This document shows, in pieces, positions 36,501 to 45,448 of a stretch of 64,000 nt of DNA. Source of the stretch: Candidatus Omnitrophota bacterium (GTDB lineage: Bacteria; Omnitrophota; Gorgyraeia; Zapsychrales; Aceulaceae); the NCBI GenBank assembly GCA_029564765.1, contig JAKQPK010000050.1, forward strand, positions 210,977 to 274,976, read 5' to 3'. The translations under genes were made by a program, and so were the position numbers. Within the stretch, counting starts at the first letter, position 1, and the number at the start of each line of letters is the position of its first letter. A model generated the notes under the pieces. That model did no database searches and was not told the DNA's origin. It saw only the letters and a program-made list of their open reading frames with translations.

Positions 36501-39197
36501 TTCGCTTGACTCGCCAAACCAATCGAGTGTTAAGAAATGGATCTTGCCTGTTTGGACCATATTTTTTATTTTTAAGAAATTTTCCTCGCTTCCCAACCAG
36601 CTAAAAATATCTTGGGATTCTTCTATGGCTTTTCTAACGACAACCGACCAATTCAACATTCCACTTTTATTTTGAAAGACCCCATCCCAAAAGTTCTTCG
36701 CGCGCTCATTGCTCTCGAGGTCCGGTCTTACCTCGATCATTTTCTGCCAGATCTCGTTTTTACGCGCATAGCTGTTTGCGACGCCCGAAAGACCCAAGGA
36801 AACATCTTCTTGTGGCAAATATCCCTGTAAGAGATTTAAATACTCTTGTCGATTTCCTGAAATAGAAATGAGAGCGGCTTTGATGGGCAAAAATGCCTCT
36901 GTTACAAAAGGATTAAAATCAACCAAAACACCATCACTAAAATCACCGTTGGCAATCCAAGAAAAATCCTGCCCCGTGCCAACATAAGCACCCTGAGCAC
37001 TTTTAACTTCTTGATATGTCGGACCCCACCCCTCATTCGAACTTGACCATTGCAAAGCTGAACGCATGTCAAGTAAAGCCTGATCTTCAGCTCCCGAACG
37101 TTGTCCGCTTGGAGAAATTGATAGGCTTGGTATATTCCTAACGGAAACCATCTTCTCGTCTGTTGGAACGTAACTGACAGACTTAAAGGTATAACTTCTT
37201 CGCCCATTATCAATTGGCAAGGTGATCGATCTTTCGCTACCCGGTTTCATGTTCAAGGTGATCTCTTGATTGCCGCGACGCACTGCAGAAACGAATAAGA
37301 GACGCTCTCCAGTTTCAGCACCATTAACGATAAGATTCTTTACTCTCAGATTAATATCGATCCCTGCTTTCCGCATCTGTTCAAGGATCACAATATAATC
37401 TGTCTCATTGCGCAACCCCTGTGCGTCATTAAAAAACAAGAGCTGGCTGACAAAGGTTCCTCCATCGTTTAGCTGATGAAAAAGATTGAGCCACGCGGCA
37501 AGCGGATCAGAAAGATACTGCAAAACAAAAAAAGAAGTGATCAGGTCCATCTTGACGGGCTTTCCGTCTTTGTCATATATTCTTTTTGTCGTTATGTCGT
37601 TTTCAGGGCCTTTAAAAAAATTAACCTTGGGGGCCATCAATTCATACATCTCTTTGCCATCTGGCCCATATTCATTCAAGAACCCTTCGAGCGCTTGAGG
37701 ACCCATATCCTTAATTTGAGATTCTTTTTTGTCGATCCCATAAGCATCGATCAAGCTGCCATACGAATACTTAATATTGATCAACGACATCCCCAGCCCG
37801 CATCCGGCATCTAGGATCTTCGCCGGGACTTTTGTTCTGCTAGCCTTTGCGGCTAGGTTCTCAACGATCTTTCCTAAGGGATTTTCTCCTTGAACATTCT
37901 GGATCTCCACCCCAAAAAGATTAAGAATACCATCGTAGCGATAATAATCACGGTAATTAGTGTGGTTGCTCTCATCGGACAATTGGGAAGTTTTTTGTAA
38001 TGGCGATGCGGAGGAGCTCTGAAGCCCACTTGTGACAACTCGCAAAGATGATGAGCCGAGACTGCCAAGGCCATCTGTTTTTTCAATGATGCCGCTACCG
38101 TCAAAATGCGTTTTCATTTCAATGCCGCCGGAAAAATATTTTCTCGGGATCGCCTTGCGAATATAAGGGTCGAATTCAACCTTCATGATATCGCAAACAC
38201 CTTTTTTATAGGCAGCCAGATACTGTGCGTAGATCTTCTGGTGAACATCCTTGTCGTCAACATCAACACCCTTGACCTTGCTTTGATCACTGTACTTTTT
38301 ATTGATGATCGAATCCTTGAGCGCCTGCTTAAACCACGCCGCCAGAATAAAAGAGCTGTAAACTTGGCGCAACACAGCAAAATTCTTACCCTCATTGACC
38401 TCTTTCTCAAGCTCCGGCAACAACACTTCCCGAGCGATCTGAGAAGAAAGGGAGTTTTTAGCCGTTAGTATTTGGTCGTTAGTATTTTGTAAAGGCTTTG
38501 CACTAGATAGGCTATCGACTTGTTGCTTTGCCTGTAAAGCAACATAATCCTCCTCCAGCATGACCTTCAGCTTCGATTCGATAATAAAAGCTTTATCATG
38601 ATTCTCGTAGACCTTCGCCTTGGCAGGAACGATCCATACCTTATTGAACGTATTCGCCGGAATATTAGTCGTCCCAAAAAGCTCGTAGGATCTTTTATAA
38701 ACCTTATCCCAAAATACCTTTCCTGTCTTGCTCTCAGGATGCGTTAATGATGCCGTTATCTGCTTTAAAAGATAGTCCTGAGCTAAAAGGTCTCGCCCCA
38801 TTTCAGTTTCGCCAAAATCACCAGCAATAATGCGTTCTTTTTCGTAAGGGCTGAGATTAACCCATAAATTCTTCTCAGGAACGGTCAAAGACGCCAAAAA
38901 ATACCGAACAAGCTTCTGGGCCTCAATATTAAAGGCCTCGCCTTCCAGGCCCGAATCTCCCACATCCACGATAAAATCGAATTGAAAAGGGTTGTCGGGA
39001 TAGGCCCTGATCCCGCGAAGCATCGCAGGCATAAAGCTGTTGCTTAACAAAACAGGTGTTCCAGGCGCTGGCAAGCCTAAAAGCCCTTGGGCTAAGGCCT
39101 GAGGAGGAAAGACCGTTGTTAGCAAGAACACGCCTGCGACAAGCCAAGACAGGCTCTTTAATATACGCTTTTTTATTCGGCTATTTATCGTTTTCAT
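33540..39197 (-). CDS. Giant secreted multidomain protein (1885 aa): signal peptide, shared N-module, two class I SAM-methyltransferase domains, shared C-module
   Basis: Signal peptide MKTINSRIKKRILKSLSWLVAGVFLLTTVFPPQALA. N-module paralogous to the 8576-16129 protein (LTVPEKNLWVNLSPYEKERII, GRDLLAQDYLLKQITASLTHP, IPRKYFSGGIE). MTase motif I twice (KILDAGCGLGMSL, IYVDAGTGQGRF). C-terminal GGIDL...PVIINIAPVTNLPLLLGV matches the paralog's GGIDF...PIIIQMVPAHNLPLILGF. Confidence 0.85.
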   Translation of the reverse strand: MKTINSRIKKRILKSLSWLVAGVFLLTTVFPPQALAQGLLGLPAPGTPVLLSNSFMPAMLRGIRAYPDNPFQFDFIVDVGDSGLEGEAFNIEAQKLVRYFLASLTVPEKNLWVNLSPYEKERIIAGDFGETEMGRDLLAQDYLLKQITASLTHPESKTGKVFWDKVYKRSYELFGTTNIPANTFNKVWIVPAKAKVYENHDKAFIIESKLKVMLEEDYVALQAKQQVDSLSSAKPLQNTNDQILTAKNSLSSQIAREVLLPELEKEVNEGKNFAVLRQVYSSFILAAWFKQALKDSIINKKYSDQSKVKGVDVDDKDVHQKIYAQYLAAYKKGVCDIMKVEFDPYIRKAIPRKYFSGGIEMKTHFDGSGIIEKTDGLGSLGSSSLRVVTSGLQSSSASPLQKTSQLSDESNHTNYRDYYRYDGILNLFGVEIQNVQGENPLGKIVENLAAKASRTKVPAKILDAGCGLGMSLINIKYSYGSLIDAYGIDKKESQIKDMGPQALEGFLNEYGPDGKEMYELMAPKVNFFKGPENDITTKRIYDKDGKPVKMDLITSFFVLQYLSDPLAAWLNLFHQLNDGGTFVSQLLFFNDAQGLRNETDYIVILEQMRKAGIDINLRVKNLIVNGAETGERLLFVSAVRRGNQEITLNMKPGSERSITLPIDNGRRSYTFKSVSYVPTDEKMVSVRNIPSLSISPSGQRSGAEDQALLDMRSALQWSSSNEGWGPTYQEVKSAQGAYVGTGQDFSWIANGDFSDGVLVDFNPFVTEAFLPIKAALISISGNRQEYLNLLQGYLPQEDVSLGLSGVANSYARKNEIWQKMIEVRPDLESNERAKNFWDGVFQNKSGMLNWSVVVRKAIEESQDIFSWLGSEENFLKIKNMVQTGKIHFLTLDWFGESSEEMIREFLQKAQISGQASVVHVSNILEWVAYSRMTQEERQNKFNLFMKNIKAFYPEEDYMLINATFDSLLPIRPADGTRMVVLSQDGKKRYADSDVSSAISSEIRNFEQYLVRQGNSQEAVAKAVSILQKHGQIYVDAGTGQGRFPLAVAGQNRDIGVIGFDSFAESGYYYRELWDQKKLDGLKEEKENLVILKGEFADLLYHIPDGAIDYLSVINPSPQVANFFEKWHNSGNLRKKMRSDGKIYYAPAKVDQAYFEGLSGFKKVSQRDILGISIDGGVVDYGVGDLYVSASSSSIPAELKNLAESIIKKYDPKHSNQCALATNEIMGIWENSSHLRLNYGFEPKTIYIPPNADRIREEELGITHEIIEIDGAYVIDTQLLQFKSRSKLDLPEDFFWKGIFTIEEYYENVPAFRNFIITEGGRIRVSRPTAENIILALDRQYPEKNKARIYQEVQKVIQEKKQFIPTLHALYFNDRISRSTRDLTEDVLLENGRALELNDKTIEKIATLDKDGIWKFKAVVDTTNNSNIVVFFSERYQEPNGNIMEHFKAAQGINENITRTLGLKYQARKASDGKFVITTADFFSSSLEMWVFPENTLTNDIVQGAYRALQQSIKVKMQLAGDGVYTVSQPLLNKLAAGEKVFFRKAGEQLELFNPDGSPVSSAVSQGEIKEQWDAISQKIQNGLISGMGAREALAFIQKTKEWLEKYRDFIPVNDAADKLRITSSVERMDRLRPGIEVDVALQAIAQEHGRSFFDVEGWLAKNYSAIKEAYGTVTTLENLYKMIFESDGKMIGSQAQRIFVNPGGEGQMTRVRLLNGFGGINLIFAKKTFEDSGIVIDRSAGEATITQDVQLRYLTIESKKAVWDVIQNYLEFKNEEFSSSKKQALAWALGYDSYSDLIDSLKDVRTGYEQAQVKPNEVGGIDLNPAHFDLERQGGASPIQFDLENFENIEIDGLYPVIINIAPVTNLPLLLGVRQESQPRLSLAR

Positions 39198-39300
39198 AAA
39201 ATACGCGCTCTATCCCCTGTCCATCCAAGACATAATAAGTATAATATATAATTTTATTGATAAAAGAGGATGTCTGTCGTTTTGGGAAAGCGCTACCTTA

Positions 39301-39340
39301 GATAGTAAAAGGGCGGCTTGAGAACATTCTCAAGCCGCCC
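39301..39340 (-). terminator. Intrinsic terminator of pspC-like gene
   Basis: GGGCGGCUUGAGA-acau-UCUCAAGCCGCCC 13-bp stem (39311-39340), then UUUUACUAUC on the minus strand. Confidence 0.75.
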
Positions 39341-39373
39341 CAATCCATTACAAATACTTAGTCTATATATTTT

Positions 39374-39580
39374 TTATACAGGTTTTTTAGGCACAATGAA
39401 CCACATGATCAAGTAGACAAGGATCCCACATCCAGGAGGAAAAAGCGTGATCAAAACAAAGCCGACACGAAAAAATACCGGATCAAGCCCAAAATATTCT
39501 CCCAGGCCTGCGCAAACACCACCGATCTTCTTCTCTTCCATGACACGATAAATTCTTTTCATAAATTTTATTATACACAA
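39374..39580 (-). CDS. PspC-domain membrane protein
   Basis: KKIGGVCAGLGEYFGLDPVFFRVGFVL PspC signature followed by a TM helix. Start may be the internal MKRIYR at 39562. Confidence 0.75.
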   Translation of the reverse strand: MCIIKFMKRIYRVMEEKKIGGVCAGLGEYFGLDPVFFRVGFVLITLFPPGCGILVYLIMWFIVPKKPV

Positions 39581-39657
39581 AATCTTTTTAAAATCAATTA
39601 AGCCCCTAAACTTATACGCCTCTTAAAGAACATCAAGCAGCCAGCGTAAATTTATCC

Positions 39658-40365
39658 TTAGGCCTTTCCCTGTAAATACGCCTGACGCTTCGATTCAGAA
39701 AACCGCTCGATCGCGTAACGCAACATCGTGCGCGGCATCCCTTTATAATGCTTTGCAAGGAATCGCTCCTCGCAGATTTGATCGCGTTTGCCAACCTCGC
39801 GCAACATCCATCCTACGGCTTTGTGGATAAGGTCTTCTTTATCATAAAGCAAGATTTTAGCGATCTTTAGCGTGTCTGCAAACTTGTTTTGTCTGATAAA
39901 ATGGAACGTGGAAACGATCGCGATCCGCCTTTCCCATAACGAGCTTGAATTGGCTAAACGATAAAGAACATCCTTAGGCCTATCTGCGAGGAAAGTTCCA
40001 ACGATCTTAGCCGCGCTTAGGTCCACAAGATCCCAATTGTTAATGTGACGTGCATGCTGAAGGTAGAGCTTAAAGACGCGTGCGCGTTCAGCCTCATTAC
40101 CTTTCGCAAATCTTATGACAAGGATCAAGAGTGCCGTCAGGCGTTCTTCATGGATCTTCGATTTTAGAAGCCGAACGATCTTGGCCATCGGCAGGTCTTG
40201 AAATTCATTTGCAACTTCTCGGACCGCAGGAACTTGGACACCAATAAAAATATCGCCTTCCCCGTATTCACCGGGTTCTGCTTTAAAAAATCCCCGCAGA
40301 ATCTTCGCCTTGGCCGGAGAGGCGTACCGCTGAAGCTCCTTTTGAATACCGCCGAGAGTCATCAA
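39658..40365 (-). CDS. DNA alkylation repair protein (AlkD-like HEAT-repeat glycosylase family)
   Basis: 235 aa. FLGVQVPAVREVA...LLKSKIHEERLTALLIL...NNWDLVDLSA pattern typical of the DNA_alkylation family. Confidence 0.65.
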   Translation of the reverse strand: MMTLGGIQKELQRYASPAKAKILRGFFKAEPGEYGEGDIFIGVQVPAVREVANEFQDLPMAKIVRLLKSKIHEERLTALLILVIRFAKGNEAERARVFKLYLQHARHINNWDLVDLSAAKIVGTFLADRPKDVLYRLANSSSLWERRIAIVSTFHFIRQNKFADTLKIAKILLYDKEDLIHKAVGWMLREVGKRDQICEERFLAKHYKGMPRTMLRYAIERFSESKRQAYLQGKA

Positions 40366-40547
40366 CCCTTAACGCCACATCGGCGCAGGATCGTCATCAT
40401 CAGACACCAATTCGTGAACGCGGATTGCAAAAGATTAGCACCTACAAAAGCCGTGAACCATAACCATCGGCTATCAACAAAGACCGCTAAAGCGACGCTG
40501 ATCAGAACAACTGCTCCCGCGATACCGCGTAAATATCGCTCGACCAT
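40362..40547 (-). CDS. DUF2892 (YgaP-like) small membrane protein
   Basis: 61 aa; ERYLRGIAGAVVLISVALAVF...NLLQSAFTNWCLMMTIL, two TM segments and a conserved Cys. Confidence 0.55.
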   Translation of the reverse strand: MVERYLRGIAGAVVLISVALAVFVDSRWLWFTAFVGANLLQSAFTNWCLMMTILRRCGVKG

Positions 40548-40558
40548 AGACCCTCCTT

Positions 40559-41830
40559 TTAAAAACTATATTTAACCCTCAAGTAAATATTTTTATTGCG
40601 CTTCATCTGCCCGAATTCCGTTCGATCATCCTCTCCCCAAGGCAAATTCATCCCCGCTGTGACCTTCCATTGGTCTGTGATATCGTAGCTGACCGAGGGC
40701 CGCACATATCCATCCTTATCCGATGGAGAATAAAAAGTGAAAAGGGTGACATTCACCGTTTGACCCTTAAATAGCTTAGTGATGCGGTTGGTTAGAAGGT
40801 GCCGGAATTCATCCCAGCGGTAATCTGAAGGCATTAAGTTATCGTCATAAGCTCCCTGATTAAGCCGTTCTTCCACTAAATACTGAAAACCTATTTTAAG
40901 ATCATTGCCCAAATCTCGACTATATCCTGCCATCAGCTTAAGCCAGGAATTCTCAACTGTACGATTTGAACCATTGGTATCTTCGCGGGAGCGAATATAG
41001 CCAAACTCCAGGTTGCCGATACCCCTGGCAAAAGGTCCTTGCAAGCTTGCGCCATAAACATCCACGGGTGAATAATAAAGCTCTCTATTTGCCTCATCCT
41101 TATAGCTGCGGGGATTCTTGTCGAACCCGTGAAAATAATAGAACGCGGCTTCATTACTGCCAAAGCTGCGGTACATCCTTAAGGCGTATTCATTGTTCGA
41201 CATTTGAAAAGGCGGGCTCACAATATGCCGATCCGAATTCGTTCCCGCGATACCGCCCTGGAAGCTGTCAAAAAAAGACAGACGGTCGCCTGTGGCGATC
41301 GTGTTGGGGGTAAAATAAGGAATGATAACAAGATCAATATTAGCAAGCTTTGGATAAAAAGATGTCTTAATGGCATCCGATGGCTTCTTCAAATACTCAT
41401 CGTCGCGTCCAATAAAAAAAGACTCGTAGTCTTTTGGGAATTGGTCATTGATAAAAAGATAATCTCCTGTTCCCCATGTCAGGACCTGTCGCCCAAGCTT
41501 GATATCCATCTTTGAGAATGGGCTCATGGAAAGACTCATCTCGCGAAGATCAAAATCCGTCTTTCCGCTGTAATATTCATCAACGGTAAAATCCCCACGA
41601 AAATTAACGACAGCACCTTTTTCAGCCCAATAATTCGCACCTTGAGCGTAATACGTTGTTTTTAGCTGGAATCTCTGTTCCAGCATGTTGTAATTATCAC
41701 GCTTAGTGGTATCGTTGCTCAACTTAATACCGATATCATTTTCCACAAAACCATGCAATCCGGAAAATGATGCCAAAGCAACCGATGGGCAGAAAAACAA
41801 AAAAAACAAAAAGAACAATATTTTCTTCAT
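40559..41830 (-). CDS. Outer-membrane beta-barrel protein (partner of the MMPL/LolA-like pair)
   Basis: Signal peptide MKKILFFLFFLFFCPSVALA. Alternating beta-strand pattern. C-terminal ...YLRVKYSF with terminal Phe. Start taken at the internal ATG 41830. Confidence 0.6.
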   Translation of the reverse strand: MKKILFFLFFLFFCPSVALASFSGLHGFVENDIGIKLSNDTTKRDNYNMLEQRFQLKTTYYAQGANYWAEKGAVVNFRGDFTVDEYYSGKTDFDLREMSLSMSPFSKMDIKLGRQVLTWGTGDYLFINDQFPKDYESFFIGRDDEYLKKPSDAIKTSFYPKLANIDLVIIPYFTPNTIATGDRLSFFDSFQGGIAGTNSDRHIVSPPFQMSNNEYALRMYRSFGSNEAAFYYFHGFDKNPRSYKDEANRELYYSPVDVYGASLQGPFARGIGNLEFGYIRSREDTNGSNRTVENSWLKLMAGYSRDLGNDLKIGFQYLVEERLNQGAYDDNLMPSDYRWDEFRHLLTNRITKLFKGQTVNVTLFTFYSPSDKDGYVRPSVSYDITDQWKVTAGMNLPWGEDDRTEFGQMKRNKNIYLRVKYSF

Positions 41831-41831
41831 A

Positions 41832-42611
41832 TCACTGGACCCATTGTGTCGGTGGTTGGCGAAGATACCGCTCAGTAAAGATACCATCCTCGATGCCTAC
41901 GTCATAAACAACATTCGTAAAATCAATGATCGTGCTGCCTTTGCGTTCGACATCCGTCGCCTGGGACTTAACCGCCGTAGGATAGCCTTGAACATCTTTG
42001 ATCTCCAATGCTTCCACAGTGCGCAAAAGCTTGCCAGAAGCATTATAATATTCCGCTTTCATCGGTAAAAAGTTTGTTTTGTCGATCCAAACAAAATAAT
42101 AAGCAAATTCAACACCTTTTGCTTCCTTAGGCGTATTCTTTATCTTAAAAAGGCCTCCCTCATCGCCGATTAGCTCATGGATATCCGCGTCAACCCCGCG
42201 GCCGGACACATCCTCATAAACAAAATGGGAACCCGCAAAACTTGAACGCTTATCCGTTGCGGCAACTCGCTTGACAAGGTCCAAGGCCGGCAAGTAAAGC
42301 CAGCGGTCGTCATCTTTGCCAATATTCTTCCAGACCATGTAAACCATTCGGGCAACATCTGTCGGGCGGCGAAAATACACATAAAACTTCTGTTCTCCAC
42401 CCTCTTTAACGTTCAGACGCAAGATGCGAAACTCCCTTGTCCTCTGTCGGCCTTGCGCATCCGTGATCGTCATTACGACATCTGATTGACCGCTTTTCCC
42501 CGCGTAATACGAGGCAAGATTGGCTTTGTTAACGATCTCCTCCACTGTCTGAGCCCAGGCAGGAGTGGTCCCTACAAAAAATAGAAAAAGAAGCAGTCCA
42601 TATCTTTTCAT
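41832..42611 (-). CDS. Outer-membrane lipoprotein-sorting (LolA-like, DUF1571-type) protein
   Basis: Signal peptide plus the LolA-like fold pattern often encoded beside MMPL/RND exporters; 259 aa. Confidence 0.55.
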   Translation of the reverse strand: MKRYGLLLFLFFVGTTPAWAQTVEEIVNKANLASYYAGKSGQSDVVMTITDAQGRQRTREFRILRLNVKEGGEQKFYVYFRRPTDVARMVYMVWKNIGKDDDRWLYLPALDLVKRVAATDKRSSFAGSHFVYEDVSGRGVDADIHELIGDEGGLFKIKNTPKEAKGVEFAYYFVWIDKTNFLPMKAEYYNASGKLLRTVEALEIKDVQGYPTAVKSQATDVERKGSTIIDFTNVVYDVGIEDGIFTERYLRQPPTQWVQ

Positions 42612-45127
42612 TTTTCACCTCTTTCATTAAAACATATATTACGTTTTGACGCGATATGGCAAAGCGCTGCCAACCCCACGATCACCAAAATACTGATCCA
42701 TGTCGTTGCTTTCCATCCCAACGGCGTATAGCCTAACAGCACGTAAGCAACCGCTAAAGCGACGAACAGCGCGACTAGCATGCAGCTTCCGCAATGACAG
42801 CTAACAGTTTTTTTGTTTTCATCCAGAACCCACTGAGGCTTAAAGTAAACGATCGCAGGCAAAATAAAAAGGGTCGCGATGCTTGAAAAAGCCATGATCG
42901 TGAACATAAAAAACCCTACGGTCTTGTAAGGCACTAGCGGCGCGGCTAAAAGCGGTAAAAAACCGATCGCAACGACCAGAGCATTGCGGATGATCGCTCG
43001 CCCAGGGCCTGTGAACATTTCAGTTGCGGCTTTTTTCCAGTCTTTTGTGTGATGGTTCACTTCGCTGATCCGCTGGATGTAATGGATCGCGAAATCAACA
43101 GACAGCCCTAGTGTCAGTGCTGAAAGAACAGCCACGGGCATATCGTAATCTTTGCCAAAAAAACCAAGAAGGCTGTAAATAAAAAGGATCGTCACCGATA
43201 AAGGGATCATAGAGATCAAGGCCTTAACCGGTGAACGGAACAAGAAAAGCATCATAAAAAGCACGATAATAAAACTTCCTAGAAAATTGTTGAGCATGCC
43301 AACGACCATGTTATTCTGCCAGACCACATTAATATATGTGAGCCCTGCCCAGCGCGCGGTCATTGCTTGCGGCGCAGGATGATCTTGCATATACTGCTCA
43401 ACAAACTTAACTACCTTGGCCATATATTTATTATCCCCGCTTTTAAGCTGGAGCCAAATATTGACTTTTGAATAATCAGGAGTTGTCATGTGCCAAAGAT
43501 CATCCGGCTTGTGGGAATTCTCAAAAGAGATCAAGCATTGAGCCACAGCCTCTTTGGTCGGCGGAATGACATTGTTAACCTTATCCCCTCCTAAAAGCTC
43601 ATAATAGATCTTCTTGGTAACATCAACCAATGATGTCGTTTTTCCGACGAGCCCTGTCGCCAACAAAGCTTCTTGCAAGCTTTCCACATAGCGCATGACC
43701 TGCGGCTGAATAAAGATCTCCTCTGACTTATCCGCAGCTTCCAGCACCAGATACGCTTCATATGTCCCGGCAAAGTGATCGTTCAAGACGCGATCCGCGA
43801 TACGCAAAGAGTGCGTTGGCGCGAACCAGCGCACGGGGTTATCGTTGACCTGGATACGCGCAATGCCATAAATGGCGACAGCGACAAGGATAGTCGTCGC
43901 CGCAAGGATCTTTTTCGCATGACGGGACACTAAAAACTGAACGGCACTTAATATCTTGTCCAGATAAGGGCTTTTTTCCTCATCGCCTGTCTTGCGAAAT
44001 CCCGAAAACTTCTTAGGGTCCATCAGCATGATATACGCTGGGATAAATGTCATCGTTAAGGCCCACGCGATCGCGACTCCCACAGCGACCGCGATCCCAA
44101 AGACCTGAACAGGCGGGATCGCCGAGAACGAAAGAGAAAAGAATCCCGCGAAGGTCGTAAGCGTCGTATACAACATCGGTGAAAATAATTCATCCATGAC
44201 AGCTGTGATCGTCTTCTTTTGATCATGAAAAAAACGGTATTTCTCAGAAAAATCGCTCAAAATATGAACACAATCCAAAACCGCGATCGGCATCAAGAAA
44301 ATAGGGATCATCGAACTCATAATGTGAACCGGAAAACCAAAGCCGATCAACAATCCCATGGTGACAACCACGGTCGCGATCGCCACAAGCATAGGCGCGA
44401 CGATCAAGACAAGAGACTTAAAAAAGAACCACATCAGCAAGAATATTGCTAAGCCAGCCAACGGAGCTGATACCGCCATCTGCTTGAACATCTCAACGCC
44501 AAACTGATCATTGGCGACAGGCAAACCCGTAAAATGGAATTCTTCATCTCCTGGATAGCGAGCGACGATCTTCTTAATATCCTGGACTACGCGATAGCTA
44601 AGGTCTTTTCGCTCAACAGGAATATACAAGCACAGCGCTTGCCCATCCTCAGAAACAACACTACCATAAAGCATAGGATGATCTTGGGCCTGTGCGCGGA
44701 TCGCTAAGGCTTCTTCACGGCTCGCAGGCGGTTGCGCCATCAGCCAGTCAAACTTCACCTCCCCAATGCCGCCCTGCTCGATATTGTCCTTTGTTGATAG
44801 CGAATAGATCTCTGAAGAAATGACGCCAGGAACATCCTTTATCTCTTCTGTGATCTGGTAGATCTTCGTCAGCGTTTCAACGTTAAATACTCCTTCCGGA
44901 TCTTTTTTATTAACAATTCCAACAACAACCATATCGTAGACAGCGAACTCTTGCTTTACTTCCCGGTGAAAGACTCGCGCGGAGGCCGTGTCAGGCAACA
45001 TATTCTCCGGATCCGTATCAACTTGAATGCGCGGATACGACAGCAAAGACGCGACGACGACAAGAAGCGTCATCCATAAAATAACCTTTGGCCGATCAAT
45101 ACCGAACGTTACGATCCTCTTAAGCAT
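42608..45127 (-). CDS. MMPL/RND-superfamily exporter (HpnN-like)
   Basis: 839 aa, 12 predicted TM helices in two 6-TM bundles, each preceded by a large periplasmic loop. 4-nt overlap with the LolA-like gene. Confidence 0.8.
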   Translation of the reverse strand: MLKRIVTFGIDRPKVILWMTLLVVVASLLSYPRIQVDTDPENMLPDTASARVFHREVKQEFAVYDMVVVGIVNKKDPEGVFNVETLTKIYQITEEIKDVPGVISSEIYSLSTKDNIEQGGIGEVKFDWLMAQPPASREEALAIRAQAQDHPMLYGSVVSEDGQALCLYIPVERKDLSYRVVQDIKKIVARYPGDEEFHFTGLPVANDQFGVEMFKQMAVSAPLAGLAIFLLMWFFFKSLVLIVAPMLVAIATVVVTMGLLIGFGFPVHIMSSMIPIFLMPIAVLDCVHILSDFSEKYRFFHDQKKTITAVMDELFSPMLYTTLTTFAGFFSLSFSAIPPVQVFGIAVAVGVAIAWALTMTFIPAYIMLMDPKKFSGFRKTGDEEKSPYLDKILSAVQFLVSRHAKKILAATTILVAVAIYGIARIQVNDNPVRWFAPTHSLRIADRVLNDHFAGTYEAYLVLEAADKSEEIFIQPQVMRYVESLQEALLATGLVGKTTSLVDVTKKIYYELLGGDKVNNVIPPTKEAVAQCLISFENSHKPDDLWHMTTPDYSKVNIWLQLKSGDNKYMAKVVKFVEQYMQDHPAPQAMTARWAGLTYINVVWQNNMVVGMLNNFLGSFIIVLFMMLFLFRSPVKALISMIPLSVTILFIYSLLGFFGKDYDMPVAVLSALTLGLSVDFAIHYIQRISEVNHHTKDWKKAATEMFTGPGRAIIRNALVVAIGFLPLLAAPLVPYKTVGFFMFTIMAFSSIATLFILPAIVYFKPQWVLDENKKTVSCHCGSCMLVALFVALAVAYVLLGYTPLGWKATTWISILVIVGLAALCHIASKRNICFNERGEK

Positions 45128-45143
45128 GTTTTTCCTCTCTGTC

Positions 45144-45404
45144 TTAAGCGTTCAACATGTGGATGATTTTCTTAACTTTGTCGTGAGTGACGTGATAACA
45201 AGTTTCAACGCCTTTCTTTTCCGGCGTCAGAATCCCTGCTTTTTTTAAGATGCCCAAATGCTGTGAGATCGTGGATTGCGGCAACCCTGTCTTTTCAACG
45301 ATCTTTGTGACATTGCAATGATCCTTGATCAGGCCTTCCACCATCCGCAAGCGCATAGGATGGGCCAGGGCCTTGAGAATATCGCTCTCTTTCTGATAAT
45401 CCAT
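45144..45404 (-). CDS. ArsR/SmtB-family transcriptional regulator
   Basis: ILKALAHPMRLRMVEGL...CNVTKIVEKTGLPQSTISQHLGILKKAGIL wHTH. Start set at MDYQKES (45404), which has AGGAGG 5 nt upstream. Confidence 0.8.
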   Translation of the reverse strand: MDYQKESDILKALAHPMRLRMVEGLIKDHCNVTKIVEKTGLPQSTISQHLGILKKAGILTPEKKGVETCYHVTHDKVKKIIHMLNA

Positions 45405-45448
45405 GATTCCTCCTTGAAAGAATGATATTTTATCACAAAACATCATTC

